Of a stretch of DNA of 64,000 bases, positions 10,035 to 20,297 are shown piece after piece. Origin of the DNA: Ignavibacteriales bacterium (lineage in GTDB: Bacteria > Bacteroidota > Ignavibacteria > UBA10030 > UBA6906); the NCBI GenBank assembly GCA_037441705.1, contig JBBIRR010000003.1:32831-96830 (forward strand), read 5' to 3'. Below the pieces are notes generated by a model. The model saw nothing but the letters and a program-made list of their open reading frames with translations. It was not told the origin of the DNA and did not search any database. Within the stretch, counting starts at the first letter, position 1; each line of letters opens with the position of its first letter. Position numbers and translations under genes: made by a program.

Positions 10035-10979
10035 CTATGCCTTTCCGATAGCTGCGCGGACGAATCCGCCGGCTTGTTCAAGACAGGCCCGCGCTTCTTC
10101 AGCAGTCATGTTATTGGCGATCATCACGATTGCCGTCTTCACGTGTCCGCCCGATCGGTCAAGGTACGTGGACGCAGTGTCGTAATCCACGCCGGTAACA
10201 ACCATGATGATACGTTTGGCCCGCTCAACCAATTTCTGGCTGTTCAGCTGCACGTCTACCATCATGTTTTCGTAAACCTTTCCCAACTTGATCATTGATG
10301 CTGTCGTCAGCATGTTCAAGACCATCTTCTGCGCCGTACCCGACTTCATCCGCGTGGAGCCCATAATCACTTCGGGGCCTACCTCGGGACAGATCGCTAC
10401 ATCAACATCGAGAGTGAAGGAGTGGCGAGGATTCGTCGTGATGAAGACTGTTTTGGCTCCCACCTGTCTGGCTCGGGACACGGCTGCAACTACATACGGC
10501 GTTCGCTTGCTTGCTGCAAGTCCGCAAACTACATCAACGGCCCGAACCTCGTGGCGCTCGATGTCGCGAAGCGCCTGCTCGGCGTCATCCTCTGCGCCCT
10601 CCTGCGAACGCCTCAATGCCTGGTCTCCTCCGGCGATAACACCTACGACCATTTCCGGTGGGACACCAAATGTCGGCGGGCATTCGGCGGCGTCAAGCAC
10701 GCCGAGTCGGCCGCTTGTGCCAGCGCCAAAGTACAACAGGCGCCCTCCGTTCCGAAAGCTTTCCACTATCACGTCGACAGCCCGAGCTATGTGGGGCAAC
10801 TCCTTTTCAACGGCGAGAGCTACGAGCTTATCCTCTGAATTGATGATGCGCAAAATCGCATCGGTACTCTGGAGATCTATCTCACGCGATCGAGGATTGC
10901 GTTGCTCGGTCAGAAGTGAAGCAAACTCCTCTGCGGTGCTGGGGACGGTGTTCATGTTGCAGCAATAACGGCTTATCAT
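10035..10979 (-). CDS. murQ: N-acetylmuramic acid 6-phosphate etherase MurQ
   Basis: SIS domain with LYFGAGTSGRLGVLDAAECPPTFGV, closely matching MurQ. ATGA overlap with the rsmG stop. An alternative start at M9 (10955) is possible. Confidence 0.85.
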   Translation of the reverse strand: MISRYCCNMNTVPSTAEEFASLLTEQRNPRSREIDLQSTDAILRIINSEDKLVALAVEKELPHIARAVDVIVESFRNGGRLLYFGAGTSGRLGVLDAAECPPTFGVPPEMVVGVIAGGDQALRRSQEGAEDDAEQALRDIERHEVRAVDVVCGLAASKRTPYVVAAVSRARQVGAKTVFITTNPRHSFTLDVDVAICPEVGPEVIMGSTRMKSGTAQKMVLNMLTTASMIKLGKVYENMMVDVQLNSQKLVERAKRIIMVVTGVDYDTASTYLDRSGGHVKTAIVMIANNMTAEEARACLEQAGGFVRAAIGKA

Positions 10980-11680
10980 TGAATTTGTATGATGACGAGC
11001 TTCTTTTCAACCAAATCAATCTCTTCGCTTCCATCGAAAACGATCTCTCGAACCACCACTGAAGCCGATGCAAATCGCTTGGTTAGCGATCGCAGTTCGT
11101 CTGTTATGTCTCCTCCTTTGTAGGCCACGAGACAAGGGGTCGGCAAGAAGCCCTTGGTGCTTGATCTGTGATTCGCAACCTTCGTCAACAAAGGTTTCGA
11201 CCACTTCATCAAATCCACAAGCGGAGCCACGCCGCGCGCAAGTACCAGATCGACAGGCTGAAAGCCCGGGACAGTGGGCAGGTCCTCGGCACGGCAGACT
11301 AACGCCTCGACATTGTGGAGCTGAAGCCGACTGAGGATATCTTGAACAGCCGAGATTTTCTTTCTGATGGAATCCGCCAGCGTTACTTTCAAGTCGCCCC
11401 TGAGTATTGCGATGGGGATTCCCGGCAACCCCCCGCCGGTGCCCAAGTCAAGGACCCGCAGCCCAGGCTCAATTCGAAATAGAAGAGTGGGCGAGATCGA
11501 ATGCAGAATGTGAGCGAACCAGATGTCCTTCTTATCGCTTCTCGATATCAGGTTGACTTTGGCGTTCCACTCCTTCAGAAGAGTCACATACTCCTGAAGT
11601 TTTCTCAGTTGATCATCGGAGATGTCCAGACCGTTGCGCCTGCAAATAGACCTGAACTTGAGTATAGACTCGCCTTCCAT
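10976..11680 (-). CDS. rsmG: 16S rRNA (guanine527-N7)-methyltransferase RsmG (GidB)
   Basis: LLKEWNAKVNLISRSD...VLDLGTGGGLPGIPIAI is the GidB methyltransferase signature. It sits in the conserved position downstream of mnmG. Confidence 0.85.
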   Translation of the reverse strand: MEGESILKFRSICRRNGLDISDDQLRKLQEYVTLLKEWNAKVNLISRSDKKDIWFAHILHSISPTLLFRIEPGLRVLDLGTGGGLPGIPIAILRGDLKVTLADSIRKKISAVQDILSRLQLHNVEALVCRAEDLPTVPGFQPVDLVLARGVAPLVDLMKWSKPLLTKVANHRSSTKGFLPTPCLVAYKGGDITDELRSLTKRFASASVVVREIVFDGSEEIDLVEKKLVIIQIQ

Positions 11681-11681
11681 T

Positions 11682-13607
11682 TCACGTGAAACGTAGTTTC
11701 TTCAGCGAAACCAACAAGACGGAAACATCGGCGGGCGTGACTCCGCTAATGCGCGTGGCCTGGCCGATTGTTCGCGGTCTCACTCTGCTGAGCTTCTCCT
11801 TTCCCTCCTTGCTGAGTGATGCAACCTTCTCAAATTCAAAATTAGCCGGGATGGTAATTGATTCGTTTCTGGCAAACCGCTGAACTTCTTCTTCCTGTCG
11901 CTTCAGGTACCCTTCGTATTTGATCTCAATCTCCACTCTCTCAAGCGCCTCCCTATCATCAAGCAACGAAGCGAGTGATGGCTCTGTTCTAACCTGTTCC
12001 AGCCGAAAAAGGTCAGTGAGTGATACTTCTGGGCGCTTCAGCAATCTTTCGAGTGGCTCGCGCTCCGAGATACATTGAGTGCCGAGAGAGTTCAGAAGAT
12101 CATTGACCTCCGTCGGCAAAACCGAAATGGTTGAGACAGCCTTCTTTGCTTTCCTGACCAACTCTTCTTTCCTTTCAAGTCGCCTCAGTGCATCGATGCT
12201 GATCAGTCCGATACGATGACCCTTACGCATGAGCCGTGAGTCCGCATTGTCTTGCCGTAGCAACAGCCTGTACTCCGCTCGGGACGTGAAGATACGATAC
12301 GGCTCATCAGTCCCCTTGTTGATCAGATCGTCAATCAAGACACCGATGTAGGCTTCGCTTCTCTGAAGAACAAGTGGCTCCTCTCCTTTCACCTGCAGAG
12401 CCGCGTTGATTCCGGCTATGAGTCCCTGCGCCCCGGCTTCTTCGTATCCGCTCGTACCGTTCACCTGGCCCGCGAAGTAGAATCCCTTGACTATCTTCGA
12501 CTCAAGTGTATGCTCGAGCTGATGGGGTGGAAAATAGTCGTACTCTACGGCATAGCCCGCGCGGGTCATCACGGCATTCCTCAGACCTGGGATGGTTCTT
12601 AAGGCCCGCTGCTGTATGTCCGCAGGAAGGCTTGTTGAGAAGCCGTTGATGTACACGATATCCGACTCGTAGCCTTCCGGCTCAAGGAATATCTGGTGCC
12701 TCTCGCGATCGGCAAACCGACTGATCTTGTCTTCAATGGAAGGGCAGTACCTGGGCCCGACTCCCTTGATTCTGCCGGTAAACATCGGCGACTCATCAAA
12801 ACCCTCTCGAAGAATATCGTGGGTGGTTTCGTTCGTGAATGTGAGAAACATCGGAATCTGCTCGTTCCTGATTCTTCTGTTCTGAAACGAGAAAGGAACA
12901 GGCTCTCTGTCCGCATGCTGTACTTCCGTCTCTCCGAAATCTATACTCCTGCGCGCTACGCGCGGGGGCGTGCCTGTTTTCAGGCGCCCCACCTGAAAAC
13001 CAAGCCTCTTAAGGTGGTCGGAGAGTTCTGTAGAAGGGGGCTCATTATATCGCCCGCCCGCAGTCGAGCTGCGCCCCGTATGCATTACTGCGTTCAAGAA
13101 CGTTCCGCTACAGATAACGAGTGCCGCACACCTTAGCTGCCTTCCACTTTGGGTGATGACGCCTTTCAGGACACGGCCATCTACATAGATATCTGTTATG
13201 GAATCCTTCAAAACGGTCAGATTCTCTTGCGACAGAACTCTTCTGGCGGCTTCTCGACTGTACCATTCACGATCGTTCTGGCAGCGCGGCGACCAGATGG
13301 CGGGTCCCTTGGATTTGTTCAGCATTCGAAAATGAATGCCCGTTGCGTCTGCCAGCTTGCCCATCTCACCTCCCAGGGCATCGATTTCTCGGACCAGATG
13401 GCCCTTTGCCGTACCCCCGATAGCGGGATTGCATGACATGCGGCCTATCGCATTGAGGTCCATTGTCACAAGGGCTGTTTTGCATCCCATTCGGGCTGCC
13501 GCAAGCGAGGCCTCGATACCGGCATGGCCGGCACCTATCACAATCACATCATATTTTGAGGTTTCGTCGATCACCGTTTCACGTGAAATAGAAGACCTAC
13601 TTACCAA
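11682..13607 (-). CDS. mnmG: tRNA uridine 5-carboxymethylaminomethyl modification enzyme MnmG (GidA)
   Basis: [18 protein letters not shown]-binding N-terminus. 641 aa with GidA family conservation throughout. Confidence 0.9.
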   Translation of the reverse strand: MVSRSSISRETVIDETSKYDVIVIGAGHAGIEASLAAARMGCKTALVTMDLNAIGRMSCNPAIGGTAKGHLVREIDALGGEMGKLADATGIHFRMLNKSKGPAIWSPRCQNDREWYSREAARRVLSQENLTVLKDSITDIYVDGRVLKGVITQSGRQLRCAALVICSGTFLNAVMHTGRSSTAGGRYNEPPSTELSDHLKRLGFQVGRLKTGTPPRVARRSIDFGETEVQHADREPVPFSFQNRRIRNEQIPMFLTFTNETTHDILREGFDESPMFTGRIKGVGPRYCPSIEDKISRFADRERHQIFLEPEGYESDIVYINGFSTSLPADIQQRALRTIPGLRNAVMTRAGYAVEYDYFPPHQLEHTLESKIVKGFYFAGQVNGTSGYEEAGAQGLIAGINAALQVKGEEPLVLQRSEAYIGVLIDDLINKGTDEPYRIFTSRAEYRLLLRQDNADSRLMRKGHRIGLISIDALRRLERKEELVRKAKKAVSTISVLPTEVNDLLNSLGTQCISEREPLERLLKRPEVSLTDLFRLEQVRTEPSLASLLDDREALERVEIEIKYEGYLKRQEEEVQRFARNESITIPANFEFEKVASLSKEGKEKLSRVRPRTIGQATRISGVTPADVSVLLVSLKKLRFT

Positions 13608-15006
13608 TGCAAAACTTCTGGAAAATGTTGTTCAGCATATCCTCCGTGCTCACCTCACCGATAATCTCAGCAAGGGCATCGGCCGCAGAGTGAATATCAA
13701 CCGCAACAAACTCTCCTGACTTTCCTTCTTCCGCTGCTTGCGATGCCGCATGCAGCCTATCAATAGCGTGCAAGATTGCCCGATGATGGCGACTGTTCGT
13801 CACTTGAACCTCTGCCGCTTCCGAACCGAGCTTGTGAATTGCTCCTATCAAGCATTTCCGCAACTGGTCAAGACCCTCACCCGTCTTAGCCGAAGTGAGC
13901 ACTTCGGCGAATTCTGTCCCATTGACTCGGAACTCCTGGGCCTGATAGCCAAGTCCTCCGCTCAAATCTATTTTGTTGTACGCAACGACTACGCTCTCAG
14001 GGATATCTAACCCATCAAGGAATGAAAGCGCTGCGTCCCTTGCAATCGTCTCGCTCGCATCAACAACCAGCACGACAACCTGGGATCGTCGCACGATGGA
14101 TTTCGTTCTCAGAACACCCTGCTGCTCGACAGGGTCAGAGGTCTCTCGAAGGCCAGCCGTATCGTGAAGACGAAAGAGGACGCCGTCAATCGAAATGCTC
14201 TCCTCCAATGTATCTCGAGTCGTTCCGGGAATTTCGGTGACGATGGCGCGATCTTCGCGAAGTAGGGAATTGAAGAGGCTGGACTTACCAGCATTCGGCT
14301 TCCCAACGATGGCCACGGAAACCCCGTCTCGATACAACCTGCCGAGGCGGTAGGAATCCGCCATCTTTTGTAGCTGATTTCTGACCCTTGAAATCCTCGC
14401 GAGGATTTCCGATTTCTGAATGAGGTCCAGCCCTTCCTCGCTGAAGTCCAGCTCTAATTCGATCAGCGAGCTGAGGTCAAGCAGGTCTGCACGAAGCTGA
14501 CGCAACTGCGCGGAGAACTTTCCTTCGAGCAGGTTAAGGGATGCCCTGTGGGCTACTTCACTCCGGGCAGCGATCAATTCAGCAACAGCCTCTGCCTGCG
14601 ACAGGTCCAGCTTGCCATTGAGAAACGCCCGCTTCGTGAACTCCCCCGGCTGAGCCTGTCTGGCCCCTGCGGAAAATATCGCATTGAGCACGCGCTGCGT
14701 ATTGTAAATGCCTCCGTGGCAACTTACCTCAACAGATTCTTCTCCTGTATACGAGTGCGGCGCTCTGAAGACCGTAACAACAACGTCATCGAGGTGTTGT
14801 CCATTTCGATCAATCAATTTGCCATAATGAGCCGTATGCGTCGCTGCCTCTGAAAGGGAAACCCTGCCTCTAAAGACTGCATCCACAGTCGTTATTGCAG
14901 ACCTGCCGCTAACACGAATGACGGCAATGGCTCCTTCTCCGTGCGGAGTAGCAATTGCAGCAATCGTATCGTCCTCATAAGCTTTCAGCATACTTCCCAT
15001 CTCCAC
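13597..15006 (-). CDS. mnmE: tRNA modification GTPase MnmE (TrmE)
   Basis: [22 protein letters not shown]-domain, a G-domain ([12 protein letters not shown]; DTAGLR) and the C-terminal CIGK tetrapeptide characteristic of MnmE. Confidence 0.9.
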   Translation of the reverse strand: MEMGSMLKAYEDDTIAAIATPHGEGAIAVIRVSGRSAITTVDAVFRGRVSLSEAATHTAHYGKLIDRNGQHLDDVVVTVFRAPHSYTGEESVEVSCHGGIYNTQRVLNAIFSAGARQAQPGEFTKRAFLNGKLDLSQAEAVAELIAARSEVAHRASLNLLEGKFSAQLRQLRADLLDLSSLIELELDFSEEGLDLIQKSEILARISRVRNQLQKMADSYRLGRLYRDGVSVAIVGKPNAGKSSLFNSLLREDRAIVTEIPGTTRDTLEESISIDGVLFRLHDTAGLRETSDPVEQQGVLRTKSIVRRSQVVVLVVDASETIARDAALSFLDGLDIPESVVVAYNKIDLSGGLGYQAQEFRVNGTEFAEVLTSAKTGEGLDQLRKCLIGAIHKLGSEAAEVQVTNSRHHRAILHAIDRLHAASQAAEEGKSGEFVAVDIHSAADALAEIIGEVSTEDMLNNIFQKFCIGK

Positions 15007-15124
15007 TCACGCATCTGGTTCGTCTAACACGCAAAGATGAACCTAACAATTTCTGCGTAGACTATCAATTCACTTCTCGTGAGCGCTCCACAGATCTGAG
15101 CTTCGCGTCTTCCATCTTTGCAGA

Positions 15125-15154
15125 ACAAAAAGGCCCGCCTGCTACGGACGGGCC
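15125..15154 (-). terminator. Rho-independent terminator downstream of yidC
   Basis: Plus strand reads caaaaaGGCCCGcctgctacggaCGGGCC. On the minus-strand RNA this is a GC hairpin followed by a U-tract, just 3' of the yidC stop. Confidence 0.5.
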
Positions 15155-15186
15155 TTGAGTCTCCGATTTTCAGCACGCTGCTCGAA

Positions 15187-16986
15187 CTATCTCCGCCTCG
15201 TATCGGGGATGTTCTTTGCCAAACGGCCGATCCAGCCGCCCTGGGCTTTCTTCGGATCGACCTTCCTGAGCGGTTCGTCTCCGTGCTTCTTGTTGATCCA
15301 GATTTGCTGTCCGATCGAAAGCAGGTTGAAGACAAAGTAGTAGAGATTAAGACCTGACGGTAAGCTGTTGAATATCAGAAGCATCATGATCGGCATGAGC
15401 CAAACCATTGCCTTTTGCCGCGGATCTGTCACCGTCTGTTTTTGTTGGATGAACATCGTAATGCTCATCGCAAGGGCAAGCCCGCTCAGCTGATTCATGC
15501 CAAAGAGCGGAAGGGTAAAGGGGAGCTTCACGATGGTGTCGGGAATGGAAAGGTCCGTAATCCATCCCACAAAATGCGATTGACGCAATTGAATTGTCGC
15601 GCTGAACACGTTGTACAACGCGTAGAGTATCGGCATCTGCAGCAAGAGCGGAAGACAACCGCCTGCAGGATTCACCCCATACTCTCGATACAGATTCATG
15701 ATCGCTTTGTTCATCTGCTCGGGGTTGTCCTTGTACTTCTCTCGAATCTCATTCATCATCGGCTGCAGCTTCTGCATTTTCCGCATCGAGTTCATGCTGG
15801 ACTTCGTCAGCGGGTGCAGCGCGATCTTGATGATGATGGAGAAAACGATAATGACGACGCCCCAATTGGCAATGAAGAGATGGAGGAAATTGAAAAGCGG
15901 AATGAGGGCGTATTCGGTGATCGGACGGATGATCCAGGCCGCGCCCAAGGACATGATCTGATCGAGATCGCGCTCCATCGAACGAATGAGTTTGAAGTCG
16001 AGCGGTCCCAAGAACACCGTCACCCTCGCTCGTTCACTTGCCGTTCCCTTGAACGGCATCTTCAAAGCGATGCTGTATGTTTCCTTGACTCCTCGATCAG
16101 GCTGGGCCATGCGGTGTCCTTCGATAAATGCCCCTTCACTCGTGCCCTTCGTCGGCATCAACGCGACTGCGAAGTACTTGTTGCGCGCTGCCACCCAGTC
16201 GGTTGCGCCCGAGATATCTTTCTTTGCGCTTTCCGACTCGCTTGAAGCATCCAGCTCGGCAAGTTCGCCCCCCGAGTATGCATACGCCAACGCGTAGTGC
16301 GACTCGTCAATGCTGTTATGCTCGGCATAGGGAAGCGCGTGTTCCCAAAGAATCTGATACTCAAATCCCGCTATGACGTCAGCAGCGTTTTCGAAAACAA
16401 TCTCCGCGTCATACGTGTACTTTTTATTGGTGAAGGTCAGACGTTTCACAATACTCTTCCCCTCACCGGCGGGAAGGGTTAGATCAACCGAGATCGAATC
16501 ATCACCCGCTAAGACAATTTTCTTCCACGCGGGGAAGTCGGCATCAAAGTAGAGATTTCGTGTGTTGATCTGCTTCCCATCTTTCGAGAGAAACAAGAGA
16601 CTGAAGTCTCCGCCTTGTGTCCAGTCCACAAGGTTGACGGGATACTGGTTCCACGTCTTGAAGTCCTTCAGCTCCCACCTGCGGATAAGCCCGCCCTTTG
16701 AAGTCACTTCGGCAGTATAAAGGTCGGTCTCGACAATGAGGATCTTCTCAGACCCGCGAAGCCGCCGCGAAAAAAACTCTCCGTAGTCTTCCGAAGATTG
16801 CTGTTCTGGCTGGGCTCTCTCGCGGAGCTGCTTTTCGTATACAGTGTCCCTCGCCGGTTGTGCTGCAGCGTGTGTTGTATCCGTCGGTGGGCGTCTTGAG
16901 GCCGGCGGAGCTGGCGCGTTGTACCACATCCACACCATCAGCACGAGACCGATGAGGATAAAGCCTAATGTTGCCTGTCTATCCAT
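15187..16986 (-). CDS. yidC: Membrane protein insertase YidC
   Basis: 599 aa. N-terminal TM, a large periplasmic domain, and the conserved C-terminal 5-TM core (PLTKSSMNSMRKMQKLQPMM; GCLPLLLQMPI). Confidence 0.9.
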   Translation of the reverse strand: MDRQATLGFILIGLVLMVWMWYNAPAPPASRRPPTDTTHAAAQPARDTVYEKQLRERAQPEQQSSEDYGEFFSRRLRGSEKILIVETDLYTAEVTSKGGLIRRWELKDFKTWNQYPVNLVDWTQGGDFSLLFLSKDGKQINTRNLYFDADFPAWKKIVLAGDDSISVDLTLPAGEGKSIVKRLTFTNKKYTYDAEIVFENAADVIAGFEYQILWEHALPYAEHNSIDESHYALAYAYSGGELAELDASSESESAKKDISGATDWVAARNKYFAVALMPTKGTSEGAFIEGHRMAQPDRGVKETYSIALKMPFKGTASERARVTVFLGPLDFKLIRSMERDLDQIMSLGAAWIIRPITEYALIPLFNFLHLFIANWGVVIIVFSIIIKIALHPLTKSSMNSMRKMQKLQPMMNEIREKYKDNPEQMNKAIMNLYREYGVNPAGGCLPLLLQMPILYALYNVFSATIQLRQSHFVGWITDLSIPDTIVKLPFTLPLFGMNQLSGLALAMSITMFIQQKQTVTDPRQKAMVWLMPIMMLLIFNSLPSGLNLYYFVFNLLSIGQQIWINKKHGDEPLRKVDPKKAQGGWIGRLAKNIPDTRRR

Positions 16987-17024
16987 CTAATAACCTCCAA
17001 AAGGGGACGGGCGGCGACGCATGG

Positions 17025-17234
17025 CTACGCCGGATCATACCCGCCCGGGTGCAAAGGGTGACACTTGCTGATGCGCTTCAAGGACTTCCAAACACCTCGG
17101 GCTGGGCCATACTTCGAAATTGCATCGAGTGCATACTGAGAGCACGTGGGATAAAACCTGCAGGTGTTCGGCGGAAGCAACGGTGATATCACTGCTCGGT
17201 ACGCTCGAATGAGGGATGTCAGCATCAGCGTCAT
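17025..17234 (-). CDS. yidD: Membrane protein insertion efficiency factor YidD
   Basis: [32 protein letters not shown]...[11 protein letters not shown] is the YidD signature. The start is chosen at the internal Met, which gives an ATGA overlap with the rnpA stop (tcat at 17231-17234). The track ORF extends to 17270. Confidence 0.8.
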   Translation of the reverse strand: MTLMLTSLIRAYRAVISPLLPPNTCRFYPTCSQYALDAISKYGPARGVWKSLKRISKCHPLHPGGYDPA

Positions 17235-17635
17235 GACCCCTGTCTCAGCCGCATGTGTAACATTCGGCAAATCTCACTCACCTCTCTCTGAATGTCTGCC
17301 AATGAGAGCCGCCTCACTGAAACATCATCCCGACCTTTGAAATACAGCACCAAGGCAATTCTTGTATGTGAAGATGGGAGGGACGCTTGCAAGGAGCGGT
17401 ATTCTATTCGCATCGCTTCGCGCATCAGTCTTTTCAACCTGTTGCGACGAACGGCATTGAAATTTCTTGAGGAAACCTTGAATCCGACCAAGACTTGTGC
17501 ACGCTCGCCGCCGTGACCTGGCCCAACCGGATCAAGGACATAGCGACAACGCAACCATCGTGTATCGATTGTTCTACCGGCTTCGGCTATCCGCTTGAAG
17601 AGATCGCGTCCGCGCAGAATCTCCGTTTTCTTCAA
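17231..17635 (-). CDS. rnpA: Ribonuclease P protein component RnpA
   Basis: 134 aa basic protein with the RNR motif ([13 protein letters not shown]). It lies between rpmH and yidD as in most bacteria. Confidence 0.8.
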   Translation of the reverse strand: MKKTEILRGRDLFKRIAEAGRTIDTRWLRCRYVLDPVGPGHGGERAQVLVGFKVSSRNFNAVRRNRLKRLMREAMRIEYRSLQASLPSSHTRIALVLYFKGRDDVSVRRLSLADIQREVSEICRMLHMRLRQGS

Positions 17636-17657
17636 GCCCGGGCTCTTGCTATCCGTC

Positions 17658-17804
17658 CTATCGCTCGTCGCTTACCGTTAACTTCTTCCTGCCTTTGGCC
17701 CGACGACGAGCAAGGACTGCTCTTCCTTGCTTCGTTGCCATCCGTGCACGAAAGCCGTGCGTGTTTCGCCTTTTCCGCTCGTGTGGTTGGAACGTTCGTT
17801 TCAT
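17658..17804 (-). CDS. rpmH: 50S ribosomal protein L34
   Basis: Manual minus-strand translation gives [48 protein letters not shown], a canonical L34. It is below the ORF-track size cutoff. Coordinates are +/-2 nt. Confidence 0.85.
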   Translation of the reverse strand: MKRTFQPHERKRRNTHGFRARMATKQGRAVLARRRAKGRKKLTVSDER

Positions 17805-18009
17805 CGTGTACTCCAGAAATCTATTAACACTATGATGCTCGGAACGCTGACAGACTTTGCCCCGCTAAGGTGTGTGTTTACGACCTTGCGAATTGTGCGA
17901 CAATAAAGGTAACCAACCGCTCCCTGAGAAACAACAAGATTTTCCACTTTTCGCTTGCTAAGCGCTGTTCCATGTTGTATAATTGCGTACAACCCTCCGT
18001 CAACCGCAG

Positions 18010-18224
18010 TGTTGATAACTCGTGAGTAGTTTGCTTTTCGTTCGCTATTTATGACCCTATGGTTTCACACGAACTGGTTGTCTGATACTTCTGTGTCACC
18101 ATTAGGCCTTATCAGGAAATGTGTTACATCCTTTGATATTGCTTTATCCACATCGTGGATAACCGCTGGATAACTCATGAAAAATTTCTTGGCTCCCTTG
18201 TCCTGTGAACAGAGTTGTGGATAA
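18010..18224 (+). promoter_or_regulatory. DnaA-box cluster in the rpmH-dnaA intergenic region (putative oriC upstream part / dnaA promoter)
   Basis: Perfect TTATCCACA at ~18144-18152 and perfect TGTGGATAA at ~18216-18224. One-mismatch boxes are CGTGGATAA (~18154) and TGTTGATAA (~18010), with weaker ones nearby. All fall within the 470-nt non-coding gap. Confidence 0.6.
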
Positions 18225-18275
18225 CTCAGCCAAGTGCGTTGAAAAATCATCTGACACATTATCCCTATTGGTGTT

Positions 18276-19742
18276 ATGATCGAGATGTTACATTCTACTG
18301 CAGAGCCCACAGAGTTTGAGCAGGCGCAGCGTATGTGGGCCGCATGCCTCGGCATGCTTAGCGAGCACATCAACTCACAGACCTTCAAGACGTGGATCGA
18401 ACCTCTGACCCCCCTTGGTCTCGAGGCGAGTGTGCTTACGCTACGCGTCCCAAGCCAGTTCTTTTACGATTGGATTGCCGAGCACTATGAGGAACTGATT
18501 ACCTCCGTGGCGTCGCATGTGCTGGGCCGACCTGCCACGATCTGTTATGAAATCGCCACCGAGGATCCTCTCGTGGACACTGAGCCGGAGACCCATCCTG
18601 TGCCCCAACAATCCCGAACGGAGAAGCGCGTCTTGCCGGCTCAATCAGAGTCTTCGCGCATGGGAAACCCGTCTCCCGCGAGTGCTCACCGAAACTCGAT
18701 GAGCTTCGAATCGCATTTGAATTACCGGTACACGTTCGAGAACTTCATCAAAGGGGAAAGCAACCAGTTTGCTCGAGCCGCCGCCACGGCCGTTGCCAAC
18801 AATCCGGGTGGAACGACGTTCAACCCGTTGGTCATCTACGGTGGGACGGGGCTCGGCAAGACCCACCTGGTGCAAGCCATCGGTAATTACGTTGCCCAAC
18901 ATAACAAGAACAAACGAGTCATCTACGTTTCGAGCGAGAAGTTCACCGTGGAGTTCGTCGACGCAATCCAAAGCGATCGCGTCAACAACTTCGCAGCGTT
19001 CTATCGCAGCATGGATATTCTCATTGTCGATGACATCCAGTTTTTTGTCGGCAAGGAGAAGACGCAGGATATGTTCTTCCACACCTTCAACGCGCTGTAC
19101 AATCTCTCCAAGCAGATTATCCTCTCGTCCGATAGGCCGCCCAAAGATCTTGACGGACTTGACGATCGACTGATTTCGCGCTTTCAATGGGGTTTAACGG
19201 CAGACATCCAGCCGCCGGACCTCGAAACACGCATTGCTATTCTCCAGCACAAGGCAAAGGACCAGCAGATCGAACTGCCGGGTGACGTGATTGAATGTCT
19301 CGCTGCGAACGTTACCACAAATATTCGTGAGCTTGAGGGCTGCCTTATCAGCTTGCTGGCGAAAGTATCCCTGGAAGGAAAAGAGCTCAATGTGGATCTC
19401 GCTCACGAAGTACTCAAGACGGTCGTCGGGCAGGTGAAATCACCCATTACAATCGAAGAGATTCAACGGACCGTCTGCGAGTATTTTGGGATTCCGGAAG
19501 ACCTCGTTCGTGCAAAAACACGAAAGCAAGAGATTGTAAATGCCCGGCAGGTTGCTATGTACCTTGCCAAGGAGCTCACTAACTCGTCGCTCAAGACGAT
19601 CGGCACACACTTCGGCGGGCGAGATCACAGCACCGTTATTCACGCCTACCAGTGCGTTGAAGATCAGATGAAGATCGATTCAAAATATCGGTCCACCGTC
19701 GAGCAGATCAAGCGTCGCCTTGAAACACGTACGCGAGTGTAA
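18276..19742 (+). CDS. dnaA: Chromosomal replication initiator protein DnaA
   Basis: 488 aa. AAA+ motifs (GGTGLGKTHL; DDIQF) and a domain IV DNA-binding helix-turn-helix (VAMYLAKELTNSSLKTIGTHFGGRDHSTVIHA). Confidence 0.95.
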   Translation: MIEMLHSTAEPTEFEQAQRMWAACLGMLSEHINSQTFKTWIEPLTPLGLEASVLTLRVPSQFFYDWIAEHYEELITSVASHVLGRPATICYEIATEDPLVDTEPETHPVPQQSRTEKRVLPAQSESSRMGNPSPASAHRNSMSFESHLNYRYTFENFIKGESNQFARAAATAVANNPGGTTFNPLVIYGGTGLGKTHLVQAIGNYVAQHNKNKRVIYVSSEKFTVEFVDAIQSDRVNNFAAFYRSMDILIVDDIQFFVGKEKTQDMFFHTFNALYNLSKQIILSSDRPPKDLDGLDDRLISRFQWGLTADIQPPDLETRIAILQHKAKDQQIELPGDVIECLAANVTTNIRELEGCLISLLAKVSLEGKELNVDLAHEVLKTVVGQVKSPITIEEIQRTVCEYFGIPEDLVRAKTRKQEIVNARQVAMYLAKELTNSSLKTIGTHFGGRDHSTVIHAYQCVEDQMKIDSKYRSTVEQIKRRLETRTRV

Positions 19743-19765
19743 GACCCGCGGGAAGTTTTGGTTCG

Positions 19766-19809
19766 TACTCCATTCTGTTGTAGTGCAGGATGGAGTATTT
19801 CTTTTCTTG
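19766..19809 (+). terminator. Rho-independent terminator after dnaA
   Basis: Inverted repeat TACTCCAT...ATGGAGTA followed by TTTCTTTTCTTG, immediately 3' of the dnaA stop. Confidence 0.55.
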
Positions 19810-20039
19810 TGATGAGTTTTTTCTTGGGTTCGGAGTTGTTGTACACACAATGTGCGCAAGTGTGTTGGTGAGGTGAAGAATGGCGTTGACAGCAGGTTGA
19901 TCAGTTTGTTCCTCTTCCGCTGATGTGCCCGCACGGCGTTCTGATGTTGATATCAACGAAGCTTACTGACATCTCATACCATCAATTTACCACTTGAGAC
20001 GATGGCTTGCTTCGCTTCAGGGTCAATCGACAACTTTGT

Positions 20040-20297
20040 TGACGAGTGCACCTGTCAACATATTCACATCCTTTATTACTACTCTTTCTTTATCCATATC
20101 TAGAAAGAAAACAATTATTACACTCATACTTGGAGACAAGCGAAGGCGGTCTAACTACGACGATCATCTTTCTATCACCTTACAGGTCAACAGGTTACTG
20201 GAAAAACATTTCTTTGAAGTCTCCCCCTTTTTGAGTAAATTTATGCTGTTTGAAGCGTCTTCATGACCCCTCATTTTCCTTACCGAAGGAGTTTAGG
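20040..20297 (+). other. Putative oriC DUE region between dnaA and dnaN. AT-rich tract with a DnaA-box-like site.
   Basis: A ~60-nt AT-rich stretch (ctttattactactctttctttatccatatctagaaagaaaacaattattacac) sits in an otherwise ~60% GC genome. It contains TTATCCATA (one mismatch to a DnaA box) at ~20089. GTTGAC/GTCAAC palindromes lie nearby. This is the classical dnaA-dnaN oriC location. Confidence 0.4.
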
